The notes under the pieces: model-generated
Seen by the model: the letters and a program-made list of their open reading frames with translations, nothing else
Databases searched by the model: none
What the model was told of the DNA's origin: nothing
Made by a program: the position numbers and the translations under genes
NCBI GenBank assembly: GCA_963708135.1
Contig: OY970192.1
Span: 4,672,001 to 4,736,000, forward strand
Direction of reading: 5' to 3'
DNA length: 64,000 nt
Source: an uncultured Gemmatimonadales bacterium
GTDB lineage: Bacteria > Gemmatimonadota > Gemmatimonadetes > Longimicrobiales > RSA9
Shown here: in pieces, positions 18,545 through 29,200 of the stretch
Layout of the letters: every line of letters starts with the position of its first letter
Numbering within the stretch: position 1 is the stretch's first letter

Positions 18545-20581
18545 CTACCTTCGCGGCCGGGCCGACCCTCGGTGGCTAAGATGCTTTCTATTTCTCCTCC
18601 GCCACTGCTCCAGCAGCAGCCCCCCGCCTTCCAGCACCTCCGCTCGCCACCCGGGCGGCAGCCAGGTCGTCGCGCTGTACTCGGTCACGACGGCCGGCCC
18701 CTCGAGGCGGTCGCCGGCCGCGAGCGCCTCGCGCGCGAGCAGCCGGGCGGGAACCGTCTCTCCCCGGTAGGCGACGTCCCGCCGCTCGTTCCCCGGCGTT
18801 CCTCGGCCGCCGCGGGCGAGGCGGCGCTCGGGCGCGGGCGGCGCCGGCGCCGTCGCCTCGACGCGCAGGGTGACGGCCTCGATCGGCGCATCGGGACGGG
18901 CGTAGCCGTAGCGGGCCTGGTGGGCGGCGTGGAACGATGCCCGCCAGTCCTCGGCGCCGACCCGGAGCTCGTAGCTCTGCCCGACGTAGCGGGCATCCAC
19001 CATGCGCCGGACGGCCAGCGAGGCGGCCGGGAACCCCTCCACCTCGAGCTGGCGCACGGCTTCCCCGGCGAGGGCATCGAGCTCCGCCTCGAGCCGCCCT
19101 CCCTCCGCTTCCTCGGCTCGGAGCAGCAGGGTGCGCGACACGTCCTTCCGCACCGGGGAGACGAGCATCCCGTACGCCGAGAGCACGCCCGGATCCGGCG
19201 GCACCAGCACCCGCGCAACGCCGAGCCTCGCCGCCAGCTCGGCGGCGTGCAGCCCGGCGGCGCCGCCGAAGGGGACCAGCGTGAAGTCCGCCGGGTCGTG
19301 GCCGCGCTCGACGCTGATGAGGCGAAGCGCGCCCTCCATGGCGGTGTCCGCCACCGCGAGGACCCCCTCGGCGGCTGCCTCGGCCGAGCGGCCGAGCGCG
19401 CCCGCCAGCGCCTCGAGGGGCGCCCGGACCGCGTCGCGGTCGAGGCGACGCTCGCCGCCCAGGAAGGCATCCGGGGGCAGCCGGCCCAGCCAGACGTGGG
19501 CGTCCGTGACCGTGACGTGGCGCCCGCCGAGGCCGTAGCAGATCGGGCCGGGCTCCGCGCCCGCGCTCTCCGGGCCGACCCGGAGCGCCCCAGCGCCGTC
19601 CAGCCGCGCGATCGAGCCGCCGCCCGAGCCGACCGTGTGGATGTCGATCACCGGGACCGCCACGGGCACGCCGCTGATCTGGAACTCGCGCGTGTGCAGC
19701 GGGCGCCCGGGGCAGAGCGACACGTCCGTCGAGGTCCCGCCCATGTCGAACGTGATGAGATCGTCGAATCCCGCTTCGCGCGCGCGCGCGAGCGCACCGA
19801 TGACACCGCCGGCGGGACCCGAGAGCACCGTGTGCACCGCCTCACGCCGCGCCCGCGCGACCGGAATCGCGCCGCCGCCCGAGCCCATGATTCGGACCCG
19901 CGCCGCCCCCGACTCCGCGTCCAGCCGCCCCAGGTAGCGGTCCATGAGTGGCGCCACGTACGCGTTCACGACCGTCGTCGACAGCCGCTCGTACTCCCGG
20001 TACTCCGGCAGCAGCGCGGACGAGACGGCGATCGGGACGCCGAGCGCCTCGAGCGCCGCCGCCACGCGCCGCTCGTGCGCGGGATCCGCGTAGCTGTGCA
20101 GCAGGCAGACGGCCAGCGACTCCACCCCCCGCAGGCGTGTCGCGAGCGCGTCGAGCTCCTGCGCGTCCAGCGGCTCCTCCTCCCGCCCGTCCGGCCCCAG
20201 CCGGCCCGACACGCCGTGCCGATCCGCCCGCGCCACCAGCGGCGGCGGCCGGTGCCCGACGAGCGCGTAGAGCTGCGGCCGGGTCTGGCGGCCGATCTCG
20301 ATGATGTCCTCGAAGCCGCGGTTCGTCACCAGCCCCACAAGCGCGCCGCGCCGCTCCAGCAGCGCGTTCGTGGCCACCGTCGAGCCGTGCACGAGCACGA
20401 ACGGCGCCTCCCCGCCGAGTCCCGCCGCCGCGCGCACCCGCCGCACCCCCTCGAGCACCGCCGCCGCCGGGTCCACCGGCGTCGACGGCAGCTTCAGCCG
20501 GTGCACCACGCCGCCGGCGAGGCAGACCACGTCCGTGAACGTGCCGCCCGTGTCGACCGCGATGATCGCTTGATCCGGCAT
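18545..20581 (-). CDS. Hydantoinase A / 5-oxoprolinase ATP-binding subunit
   Basis: AVDTGGTFTD, HGSTVATNALLER, EYREYER, SGPAGG, DMGGTSTD, VGPESAGAEPGPICYG. Confidence 0.93.
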   Translation of the reverse strand: MPDQAIIAVDTGGTFTDVVCLAGGVVHRLKLPSTPVDPAAAVLEGVRRVRAAAGLGGEAPFVLVHGSTVATNALLERRGALVGLVTNRGFEDIIEIGRQTRPQLYALVGHRPPPLVARADRHGVSGRLGPDGREEEPLDAQELDALATRLRGVESLAVCLLHSYADPAHERRVAAALEALGVPIAVSSALLPEYREYERLSTTVVNAYVAPLMDRYLGRLDAESGAARVRIMGSGGGAIPVARARREAVHTVLSGPAGGVIGALARAREAGFDDLITFDMGGTSTDVSLCPGRPLHTREFQISGVPVAVPVIDIHTVGSGGGSIARLDGAGALRVGPESAGAEPGPICYGLGGRHVTVTDAHVWLGRLPPDAFLGGERRLDRDAVRAPLEALAGALGRSAEAAAEGVLAVADTAMEGALRLISVERGHDPADFTLVPFGGAAGLHAAELAARLGVARVLVPPDPGVLSAYGMLVSPVRKDVSRTLLLRAEEAEGGRLEAELDALAGEAVRQLEVEGFPAASLAVRRMVDARYVGQSYELRVGAEDWRASFHAAHQARYGYARPDAPIEAVTLRVEATAPAPPAPERRLARGGRGTPGNERRDVAYRGETVPARLLAREALAAGDRLEGPAVVTEYSATTWLPPGWRAEVLEGGGLLLEQWRRRNRKHLSHRGSARPRR

Positions 20582-20995
20582 GCGCCTCGTGGCTGGTTGC
20601 AACGTGGGCCGGCCGCGCCCCGGCCGATGCCGGAAGGTTACCCGGCCGCCGCCGTGGCCGGCAAGCGCCGCCACGCGCGCCGCGGCCTGGATTCGGATTC
20701 CTTTGGAAGGCGGGAGGCGCGTGGGAACGCGAGCAGGATCGGGGAATGGAGGTCGCCGCGGGCATCGCAATCCCGAAGTTGATCGGAATCCGAGACGAAC
20801 GGCGCAGTGGCCGCGGTGGCGGCCCGACGAGATCCCGATCCTGCTCGCTATCCGAGATGAATCGGCATCGGGCCGGATCGGGATGCGTCGAGTGCGCGAT
20901 CGTTCTCGCGCGACCCGTCGGGCCGCGGCCGGACGCGGGAGCCCGTCCCGCCTCGCATTTGACTTCCCCCGCCCCGCCCCGGAGATTTCCGCCGC

Positions 20996-22486
20996 ATGCC
21001 GAGCCCCGCCTTCGACCACTTCGTCCGCCTCGCCGCGGGCGCCCGGCTCGTGCCGGTCTGGCGCGAGATCCTCTTCGACACGGACACGGCGGTCACCGCC
21101 TACGCCAAGCTCGCGCGGCCGCCCTTCGGCTTCCTGCTCGAGTCCGTGGTCGGCGGGGAGAAGTGGGCGCGCTACACCTTCCTGGGCACGAGCCCGCGCG
21201 CCGCCTGGCGCCTCCAGGCCGGCCGCCTGACCAGCAGCTGGACGCCCGCGGCCGGCTGGAGCGAGGCGCGCCGGGTCGAGGATCCGCTCGGCGAGCTCGA
21301 CGACCTCCTGCGCGCGCACACCATCGCCGACGTGCCGGGGCTGCCCCGCTTCATCGGCGGCGCCGTCGGCTACCTCGGCTACGACGTGGTGCGGACGCTC
21401 GAGCGGCTGCCCGACGCGCCGCCGGATCCGCTGGAGCTGCCCGAGGCGCTGCTCCTCTTCACCGACACCGTCCTGGCCATCGACAACGTCTTCGGGAAGG
21501 CGCTCGCCGTGGCGACGGTGGACACCCTCGGGGCCGACGCCGGCGAGCTCCGGCGCCGCTACGACGCCGCCGCGCAGCGCCTCGAGACGCTCGTGCGCAC
21601 GCTGCGCGACGCGCCTCCGCCGCCCGCCCTCCAGCCCAGCGCCGGAGCCGAGCCGAGCTTCCACAGCAGCTACACGCGCGAGCGCTACCAGGCCGATGTC
21701 GAGCGCATCCGCGAGTACATCCTCGCCGGCGACGCCTTCCAGGTCGTCCTCTCGCAGCGCCTGGAGCTCCCCCTCGATGCCGCCCCCTTCGACGTCTACC
21801 GCGCGCTCCGCTCCCTCAACCCCTCTCCCTACCTCTACTTCCTCGAGCTCGACGGCGTCTCCCTCGTGGGCTCCTCCCCCGAGGTCCTCGTCCGCGTCGA
21901 GGACGGCCGCGCCACCGTCCGGCCGATCGCCGGCACCCGGCCGCGAGGCGCCACCGAGGCCGAGGACCTCGCGCTCACCCGCGAGCTCCTCGCCGACGAG
22001 AAGGAGAGAGCCGAGCACCTCATGCTCGTCGACCTCGGCCGCAACGACGTCGGCCGCATCGCCCGCTTCGGCTCCGTCCGCGTAAGCGAGTTCATGGCCG
22101 TCGAGCGCTACAGCCACGTCCTCCACATCGTCAGCCAGGTCGAGGGCGAGCTGCGCCCCGGCCTCTCCGCCATGGACGTCTTCCGCGCCTGCTTCCCCGC
22201 CGGCACCGTCAGCGGCGCACCCAAGATTCGCGCGATGGAGATCGTCGATGAGCTCGAGCCCGTCCGGCGCGGCCCCTACGCCGGAGCCGTCGGCTACTTC
22301 TCCTACGGCGGCGCGAGCATGGACACCGCCATCGCCATCCGCACCCTCGTCGCCGCTGGCGGCCGGGCCTTCGTGCAGGCCGGCGCCGGCATCGTCGCCG
22401 ACAGCATCCCCGAGCGCGAGTACGAGGAGACGCTCGCCAAGGCCCGGGCGCTCCTGCGCGTGCTCGGATCGCTGCGGAGGGAGTAG
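20996..22486 (+). CDS. trpE: Anthranilate synthase component I
   Basis: FLLESVVGGEKWARY, GDAFQVVLSQR, NPSPY, GSSPE, PIAGTRPRG, KERAEHLMLVDLGRND, PAGTVSGAPKIRAM. Confidence 0.93.
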   Translation: MPSPAFDHFVRLAAGARLVPVWREILFDTDTAVTAYAKLARPPFGFLLESVVGGEKWARYTFLGTSPRAAWRLQAGRLTSSWTPAAGWSEARRVEDPLGELDDLLRAHTIADVPGLPRFIGGAVGYLGYDVVRTLERLPDAPPDPLELPEALLLFTDTVLAIDNVFGKALAVATVDTLGADAGELRRRYDAAAQRLETLVRTLRDAPPPPALQPSAGAEPSFHSSYTRERYQADVERIREYILAGDAFQVVLSQRLELPLDAAPFDVYRALRSLNPSPYLYFLELDGVSLVGSSPEVLVRVEDGRATVRPIAGTRPRGATEAEDLALTRELLADEKERAEHLMLVDLGRNDVGRIARFGSVRVSEFMAVERYSHVLHIVSQVEGELRPGLSAMDVFRACFPAGTVSGAPKIRAMEIVDELEPVRRGPYAGAVGYFSYGGASMDTAIAIRTLVAAGGRAFVQAGAGIVADSIPEREYEETLAKARALLRVLGSLRRE

Positions 22487-22525
22487 AGGCCCGCGTGCGG
22501 GCAGGTGTGGGCGGCGGGGCGGAGC

Positions 22526-22574
22526 GAATTCGAATCCAGCGGCCGCAGGCCGCGGAATCCGAATCCGAATCCGG
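22526..22574. repeat. Hexamer element, copy 2 (inverted)
   Basis: GAATTCGAATCC ... (GAATCC)x3 at 22555-22572. Its reverse complement closely matches 18349-18390. Confidence 0.75.
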
Positions 22575-22840
22575 CTGTTGCCGCCGTGACAGGTGCGTCA
22601 GGCCTCGAGGCCGTCTCGCCACCCCGAGCCCCGAGCCCCGAGCGATTCTGTAACACGACCGACGGCCGGAGCGAATCTGTCACATTTCCCCGACCTTGCA
22701 CGTTATGGCAGCGATGCTTCCGGCTGCCACCACCGTACTGGATGCCGCGCGGTCCGCCCCGCGCGGCGGCGGCCACAGGGGCTGGGCCGGGGGGCGAGAG
22801 GGCTCGGAACGGGCGCGGCCACGTCCCTTTCGAGCCAGGA

Positions 22841-22877
22841 CGGGTTTCTTGACAGGGCTGGAAACCCGCGCTACTCT
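22841..22877 (+). promoter_or_regulatory. Sigma70 promoter of the TonB-receptor operon with overlapping palindromic operator
   Basis: TTGACA (22849-22854), 17 nt, TACTCT (22872-22877). The -35 is bracketed by the inverted repeat CGGGTTTC (22841-48) / GAAACCCG (22861-68). Confidence 0.65.
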
Positions 22878-23031
22878 CGACCCGGCTTTGCCTCTTCTTG
22901 CCGGAAATCGCAGCTCGCGACAGGGCCCTGGTCACGGAGCCGTCCGCCGCCGCACAACGGGGGACGTTCGAACTCCGGGCCGGAGTCATTTCGGGACGTC
23001 AGTTCCAAGTTCACTCGACTGGAGGGACCGC

Positions 23032-26000
23032 ATGCGCATCTCAGTTCGGGGCACCGGGCCTCTGGCCTCCCTCGTTCTGCTGCTCCTGGGCCTGGCCATG
23101 CCGGCGGGCGCACAGCAGACGACGGGGAAGGTGCAGGGTCGCGTGACCGACGTGGGTGGCCAGCCCCTGGCAGGGGTGCAGGTCATCGTGGTCGGGACGG
23201 GTCTCGGCAACCTTACGGATCAGCAGGGCTTCTACTTCATCAACAACGTGCCCGCGGGCGTGCAGGACATCCAGGCCCAGTTCATCGGATACCAGACGAC
23301 GACGGTGCAGGGCCAGCGGATCACGGCCGGCTACACCACGACCGTGGACTTCAAGCTGGCCCAGCAGGCGGTGGCGCTCAAGGCGATCACGGTCCAGGGC
23401 GAGCGCAACCCGCTGGTGCCGCGCGACAAGACGGTCTCGGGCTCGATCGTGACCGGCGACATCGTGCGCCAGCTGCCCGTGGACAACGCGAACGCCGTGA
23501 TCGCCCTCCAGCCGGGCGTGATCAGCTACGGCGGGCAGTTCGTGATCCGCGGCGGCCGGCCGGGCGAGGCTTCGGTGTACGTGGACGGCGTGCTGGTCCG
23601 CAACTTCGACCGCGGTGAGCAGGGCAACGTGAGCGTGGACCTGAGCGGGCTCGAGGAGGTCAACGTCCTCACGGGCGGCTTCGGTGCCCAGTACGGGCAG
23701 GCGCAGTCCGGGGTGATCAACTACGTCACGCGGACCGGCGGCACGCGCACGAGCGGCGCCTTCAACTTCGGCACGGACGAGTGGGCGCCGAACAGCGAGC
23801 GGTGGGGGTGGAGCGTCCTGCACGCGAACATCGACGGGCCGCTGGTGAAGAACCTCCTGACCTACCAGATCGCGCTGGGGGCGCAGGGCATGCGCGACCG
23901 GAGCCCGCAGTTCACCGACATCGCCGGCCCCGAGGGGATTCCGGTCCAGCAGCACTACTTCCGGCCGACCGGCATGCAGGCGCTGGCGGGCGGCGATTCC
24001 GCCATGAGCTACGAGGAGATCACCGGCCTCGGGCCGCGCCGGCCGTACAACAACGGCGACGTCTACAACGCCACCGCCGGCCTGCGCTTCAGCCCGAGCA
24101 GCTACACCAAGATCACGGTGACCGGTGTGGCCGGCCGCAGCCAGGGGCTGAACTTCAACTCCGGCTACCAGTTCCGGCCGTGGTCGTTCGGCGCCTACCG
24201 CAACACCAGCGACCTGGCGCGCGTCGGCCTCGAGCAGATCCTCTTCCAGAGCGCCAACAGCCAGGCGGTGCTCCGGATCAATGCCGCCTATCAGAACGAC
24301 CAGCACCGCAGCGGCGTGCGCGCCGACACCACCGGTCTCGAGCCCTCCGGCCCGGACTTCCTCGGCTTCCGCTTCAGCAACTACAAGCTGATGTTCGAGA
24401 ACGTGACCCCGGAGATGTTCCTCACGCGCGTCAACTCGATCCGCGCGGGTGCCAGCGCCCTGCCGTTCTATCCGGCCTACACGCTCGACTGCGGCGGCCA
24501 CCCGTGCACCAAGGCGGAGGCCACGGACAGGTTCAACGGCGTGAACGGCACCGACACGCCCTACGGAATCCTCGGCCCGAGCCCGTTCAGGACGACCGGC
24601 TTCGGCGACGGCCTCTACTACTCCGGCGAGAAGACTTATAGCCTGGACGCCAGCCTCGACCTGCAGGCCGGCCGCTTCAACCGCATTGGCGCCGGCGTCC
24701 AGTACTACAAGAAGAACGTCGGCCACATCAGCGTCAGCAACTACAACACCACCTTCCAGGACGTCTACGCCGTCAAGCCGACGATCGGCGCCGGCTACCT
24801 GACGGATCGCCTCGACCTGGGCGAGATGGTGCTCGACCTGGGGCTGCGCCTCGACTACTACTCGAGCGACGCCAAGTACCCGGCCGCGCCCGGCGTCGTC
24901 TACCCGTTCGAGCCCGACGCCTCGACGCTGCAGTACTGCGAGTCGCCGCCGCCGGCCGGCCAGATCACCTGCACGCCCAAGCTGATCGGCCAGGACAACC
25001 TCTGGAACCTGAGCCCGCGTCTCGGCGTGGCGTTCCCGATCAGCGACGCGACGAACTTCCGCCTGAGCTACGGGCACTTCTTCCAGCTGCCCTCCTTCGT
25101 CAACCTCTACGATGGCATCAATACCGACCTCAACTCGACGAACACCAACCAGCTCTACGGCCGGCCCATCCCGGCCATGCGCACCGTGCAGTTCGAGGTC
25201 GGCGTGACGCACCTGTTCAACCCGACCACGGTGCTCGACGTAACGGCGTACAACAAGAACAAGCAGGCCGACGCCACCTACCGCATCCAGAACTTCAACC
25301 TGCCTCCGTCCTACGGCGGGCCGACCGACATGCGCGTCCTCACCAACCTGGACTTCGGCGCGGCCAAGGGCGTCAACGTCCGCCTGACGCGCCGCTACGG
25401 CCAGTTCTTCACGGCGATCCTGTCCTACAGCTTCCTGGACTCCAAGGACACCGGCTCCGATCCGACCAGCTACGTCTACACTTTCGGCCGCTTCACGGAC
25501 CCGGTGACCGGCGCGGCGCTCTCGCCCGCGCAGGCAATGCAGAACACGGACTTCGACATCAACCACCAGTTCACCATCGAGAGCACGGCCAACCTCGGCA
25601 AGGACGTGCTCAGCGGCACCGGCTGGAACCCGCTGCTCCGCAACACCAACCTGTCTCTCACCTTCCTCGCGCACAGCGGGCTGCCGTGGACGACCTCGAG
25701 CAGCGTGGGCGCCAGCGGCACCGGCGGCAGCGGCGCGCGCTTCACCGAGCTCCAGAACTCCTCGCGGATGCCGTGGTTCTCGAACGTCGATGGCCGCTTC
25801 ACGCGCGGCTTCACCCTGGCCGGCAGCCGGCTCGCGGCGTACCTCGAGGTCCGCAACATCCTGAACACCCGCAACATCACCAATGTCTACGGCTACACGG
25901 GCTCGCCCACGAACCCCGGCGCCCCGGCGGTGCTCACCGCCGAGCTGTGGAACGGGACGCCCAGCGGCCCCCTCGACGTCGGGACCGGAACGGCCTCCGA

Positions 26001-26187
26001 GCAGCTCCAGAAGCAGCGGCAGCAGCAGATGCTCGCCGTGTACGGGCTCGCGGACGCGGACCCGAGCACGCTCAGCGTGGCCGAGCAGAAGAACATCGGG
26101 CTGCTCCAGTACGTGAACACGCTCGGGCTGCCGGGCAACTACAGCGCGCCGCGCCGCTGGCGGCTCGGCATCGAGTGGACGTTCTGA
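23032..26187 (+). CDS. TonB-dependent receptor with N-terminal carboxypeptidase-regulatory-like domain
   Basis: GGAGG RBS + ATG 23032, signal peptide, TGKVQGRVTD, plug motifs IRGGRPGE..YVDGV and EVNVLTGGFGAQYG..SGVIN, SPRLGVAFPI, C-terminal LGIEWTF. Confidence 0.93.
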   Translation: MRISVRGTGPLASLVLLLLGLAMPAGAQQTTGKVQGRVTDVGGQPLAGVQVIVVGTGLGNLTDQQGFYFINNVPAGVQDIQAQFIGYQTTTVQGQRITAGYTTTVDFKLAQQAVALKAITVQGERNPLVPRDKTVSGSIVTGDIVRQLPVDNANAVIALQPGVISYGGQFVIRGGRPGEASVYVDGVLVRNFDRGEQGNVSVDLSGLEEVNVLTGGFGAQYGQAQSGVINYVTRTGGTRTSGAFNFGTDEWAPNSERWGWSVLHANIDGPLVKNLLTYQIALGAQGMRDRSPQFTDIAGPEGIPVQQHYFRPTGMQALAGGDSAMSYEEITGLGPRRPYNNGDVYNATAGLRFSPSSYTKITVTGVAGRSQGLNFNSGYQFRPWSFGAYRNTSDLARVGLEQILFQSANSQAVLRINAAYQNDQHRSGVRADTTGLEPSGPDFLGFRFSNYKLMFENVTPEMFLTRVNSIRAGASALPFYPAYTLDCGGHPCTKAEATDRFNGVNGTDTPYGILGPSPFRTTGFGDGLYYSGEKTYSLDASLDLQAGRFNRIGAGVQYYKKNVGHISVSNYNTTFQDVYAVKPTIGAGYLTDRLDLGEMVLDLGLRLDYYSSDAKYPAAPGVVYPFEPDASTLQYCESPPPAGQITCTPKLIGQDNLWNLSPRLGVAFPISDATNFRLSYGHFFQLPSFVNLYDGINTDLNSTNTNQLYGRPIPAMRTVQFEVGVTHLFNPTTVLDVTAYNKNKQADATYRIQNFNLPPSYGGPTDMRVLTNLDFGAAKGVNVRLTRRYGQFFTAILSYSFLDSKDTGSDPTSYVYTFGRFTDPVTGAALSPAQAMQNTDFDINHQFTIESTANLGKDVLSGTGWNPLLRNTNLSLTFLAHSGLPWTTSSSVGASGTGGSGARFTELQNSSRMPWFSNVDGRFTRGFTLAGSRLAAYLEVRNILNTRNITNVYGYTGSPTNPGAPAVLTAELWNGTPSGPLDVGTGTASEQLQKQRQQQMLAVYGLADADPSTLSVAEQKNIGLLQYVNTLGLPGNYSAPRRWRLGIEWTF

Positions 26188-26196
26188 GACTTCCCA

Positions 26197-26227
26197 GCGG
26201 TGGCCGGGCTGCACGCCCGGCCACCGC
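26197..26227 (+). other. Intergenic 13-bp GC stem-loop (no U tail)
   Basis: GCGGTGGCCGGGC-TGCAC-GCCCGGCCACCGC between the receptor stop and the next RBS. Confidence 0.7.
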
Positions 26228-26248
26228 CATTCAAGGAGAAACTCCGAC

Positions 26249-29200
26249 ATGAGGCCAATTGTGAATGCGGCGATGCGGCTGGCTAAGCGCGTGCTCGCGG
26301 GCGGCGTGCTGGTGGCGGCGCTCGCCGGGCCGGCGGCCGCGAAACCGGGGAAGCCGGGGAAGCCGAACCCGAAGTCCCCGTTCAACCTGAACGCGGCCAC
26401 GACCACCCTGCTCAACGGCAACGAGTGGTCGTGCGGCCTGGACAATCTGGGCGACATCTGCGTCAACCCGGCCGGCAGCTCGGTCGGCGGCGGCGGCTGG
26501 TGGCCGCAGGGCACGCAGAACCAGTACATCTTCAACACCGGGCTCCAGCTCGGTGCCATCGTCGGTGCCGACGGCGGCGCCTGGGCCGGGGACACCATCG
26601 CGGACCACTTCTTCGACGCGTACGGCGCCTTCAACTCCGGCGTGCCGATCACCAACATCTTCCTGTCGAGCGACCCGGCCGACCTCGACTCCTGGCCGCA
26701 GGACTGCTACCTGACCAATCCGGCCACGGGCGAGCAGGTGAAGACGCTCGGGCAGTTCGACAGCTGCGTTCAGTACTGGGACGCGGACCCCAAGAAGGGC
26801 TTCGCCGACGGCCACCCGATGGGCCTCAAGGTCGTGCAGCACTCGCTCGAGTGGGCGTACTCGACCAACAAGGACATCATCTTCTTCATCTTCACCTTCA
26901 CCAACGTCAGCAACGACCCCGGCTTCCTCGCCCGCGTGCCGGACGCGCCCGCCGGCGGCTTCACGCTGACCAACATGTTCGCGGCCTTCGGCGCCGACCC
27001 GGATGAATCCGCGGACGAGGCGGGCGACAACTACGCCACCGTCGTCCCCGACCAGAACATGGGCGTGAACTGGCAGTGGGACTTCTCGGCCCCGGATTTC
27101 GTGCCCTATCCGCCCAACTTCGATGCCGCTCCGGGCTTCTTCGGCGTGAAGTTCCTGAAGGGGCCGCCGAACACGGCCGACACGGCGATCATTCGCAGGA
27201 TCGGCGCGGTGGTGGATACGGTGCAGCCCGGGCAGCCGCTCGGGATGACCTTCTTCTCGGTCAACACGAACGGCGGCGCGTTCCCCGACCCGACCACGGC
27301 GCACCAGGCCTACCGGTACGTGTCCGGCCACCTGAGCGCGGCTGAGCAGCAGGCCTGCTCCCCGTTGCCCGGGGTTTGCTACGTGGACCTGGCCTCGCGG
27401 GCGGACACCCGCTTCATCGAGTCCTCCGGGCCGTTCAGCCTGAAGCCCGGCGAGTCCGCGCAGATCGTGGTGGCCTACGTCGCCGGCGCACCCGTGCCGG
27501 GCACGTACGTGAAGGGCACGCCGATCCCGATCGGCAGCGTCGCCGACACCACGCGGCCGATCGAGAAGGTGATGGGGCGGGGCTACGACCAGCCGTTCCC
27601 GAGCCTCTTCACCAACGCCCGCAACGCGCAGGCGATCTTCGACGCCGGCTTCATCCTGCCGGGCGCGCCGCCGCCGCCGAACGTGACCGTCGTCCCGGGC
27701 GACCACCAGAACACGGTCATCTGGGATGCCGCGCCCGTAAACCTGGCCGATGCGTACTACCAGATCGCGTCGCAGCAAACGATCAACGGCGAGCCGAACC
27801 CGCTCTACAACCCGGCCTACCGGGAGCACGACTTCGAGGGCTTCCGCGTCTACCGCAAGACGAGCGCGAGCGACCCCTGGACGCCGATCGCGCAGTTCGA
27901 CCTGGCGAACGGGATCACGCAGGAGGTGACGCCGCTCACGAAGGCGCTCAACCTGAATGGCGACACGATCGTGATCGTGGCCGACACGGCCAGTGTCTGC
28001 CGGGCCGGCACGGCCAGCGAGCTGGGGCTGGGCGCGAACTTCGCCGGCTGCGCGGCGGAGACCGGGCTCAAGTTCGCCATCGTCGACAAGGGCGGCCCGT
28101 TCCCCGATCCGTCCGCGGGCCCGGGGCTGGTGAACGGGCACACCTACTACTACGCGGTCACGAGCTTCGACATCAACTCGCCGCTCAGCGGCCCGAGCTC
28201 GCTCGAGTCCGCGCGCGTGCTGTCCAACGAGGCCGCCGGAACCCCGCGCGCGAATGCGGCCGGCTTCGTGGCGGCGGATGTGTCGGCACCGACCCTCATG
28301 GGCGGTGGAAAGGCGCTGGACCCGAGCGCGACTGTGACCATCGACCCCTCGGCGGGGACCTTCTCCGGCCCGCAGCCCGCGAGCAACGGTCTCAACATCA
28401 ACCTGGACGTGTACGACCCGGCGGCGATCCCGCAGGGTAACTTCTCCGCCGCCATCGATTCGGTGATCCCGATCAACGATGCGGGCGTGACCTTCGTCGG
28501 CGGCCACACAATGACCTCCGGCGGCAATGCGCTGGGCGCGGCCACGATCTACTACTCTACCGTGACCACGCCGGACACGAGCTACCAGGTCCGGACGGAG
28601 GTCCAGAGTCCGTTCGGCTACTACACGGCCGGCGAGGCGAACGTCGACATTGCGAACGCGCCGGTGGCCGGAAAGGGCACGAACCACTACGCGGGCAACC
28701 TGCACGCTTGGTTCGACTACGGCTCGCAGATCTACAACTCCGGCTCGGAGGCGGTAGGCTGGCTGCGCGCCGGGCAATGGCCGGATGGTTCCGGCGGCTC
28801 GCGCTGGTTCTCCGGCTCGCCGGAGGCCAACCCCACGCTGGCGCAGGCGGCAGGCAGCCTGCCCGGTGTGGACTCGATCGTCAACCTGGCCAGCCAGTAC
28901 GGCGCCAACGCCAACCTGCGTTGGCAGGTCTACCTGATGTTGACCGTGTATCACGCGGCGGACTATGAGATCACCTGGGGCGACAACGGCTCGATCAGTC
29001 AGGTGATGGATCTGTCGAACAACACGGAGGTCCAGTTCAACCCCGAGTTCCGGGGCGGGACGTGGGGCTTCCTGCCGGACGGCTCCGGTGACGGGATCCT
29101 CTCGTTCGGCGACTTCTGGACCATCAGCCCGCTGGCCGAGTGGTGGTGCGCGCCGGACGTGAACTGCATTCCATTCGCGCAGCTGAAGCAGACGGCGACC

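Noticed and set aside
20582..22126. N-terminal extension of the hydantoinase ORF (1193 aa)
   Set aside because: Antisense to trpE; family homology begins at MPDQAIIAVDTGGT (20581).
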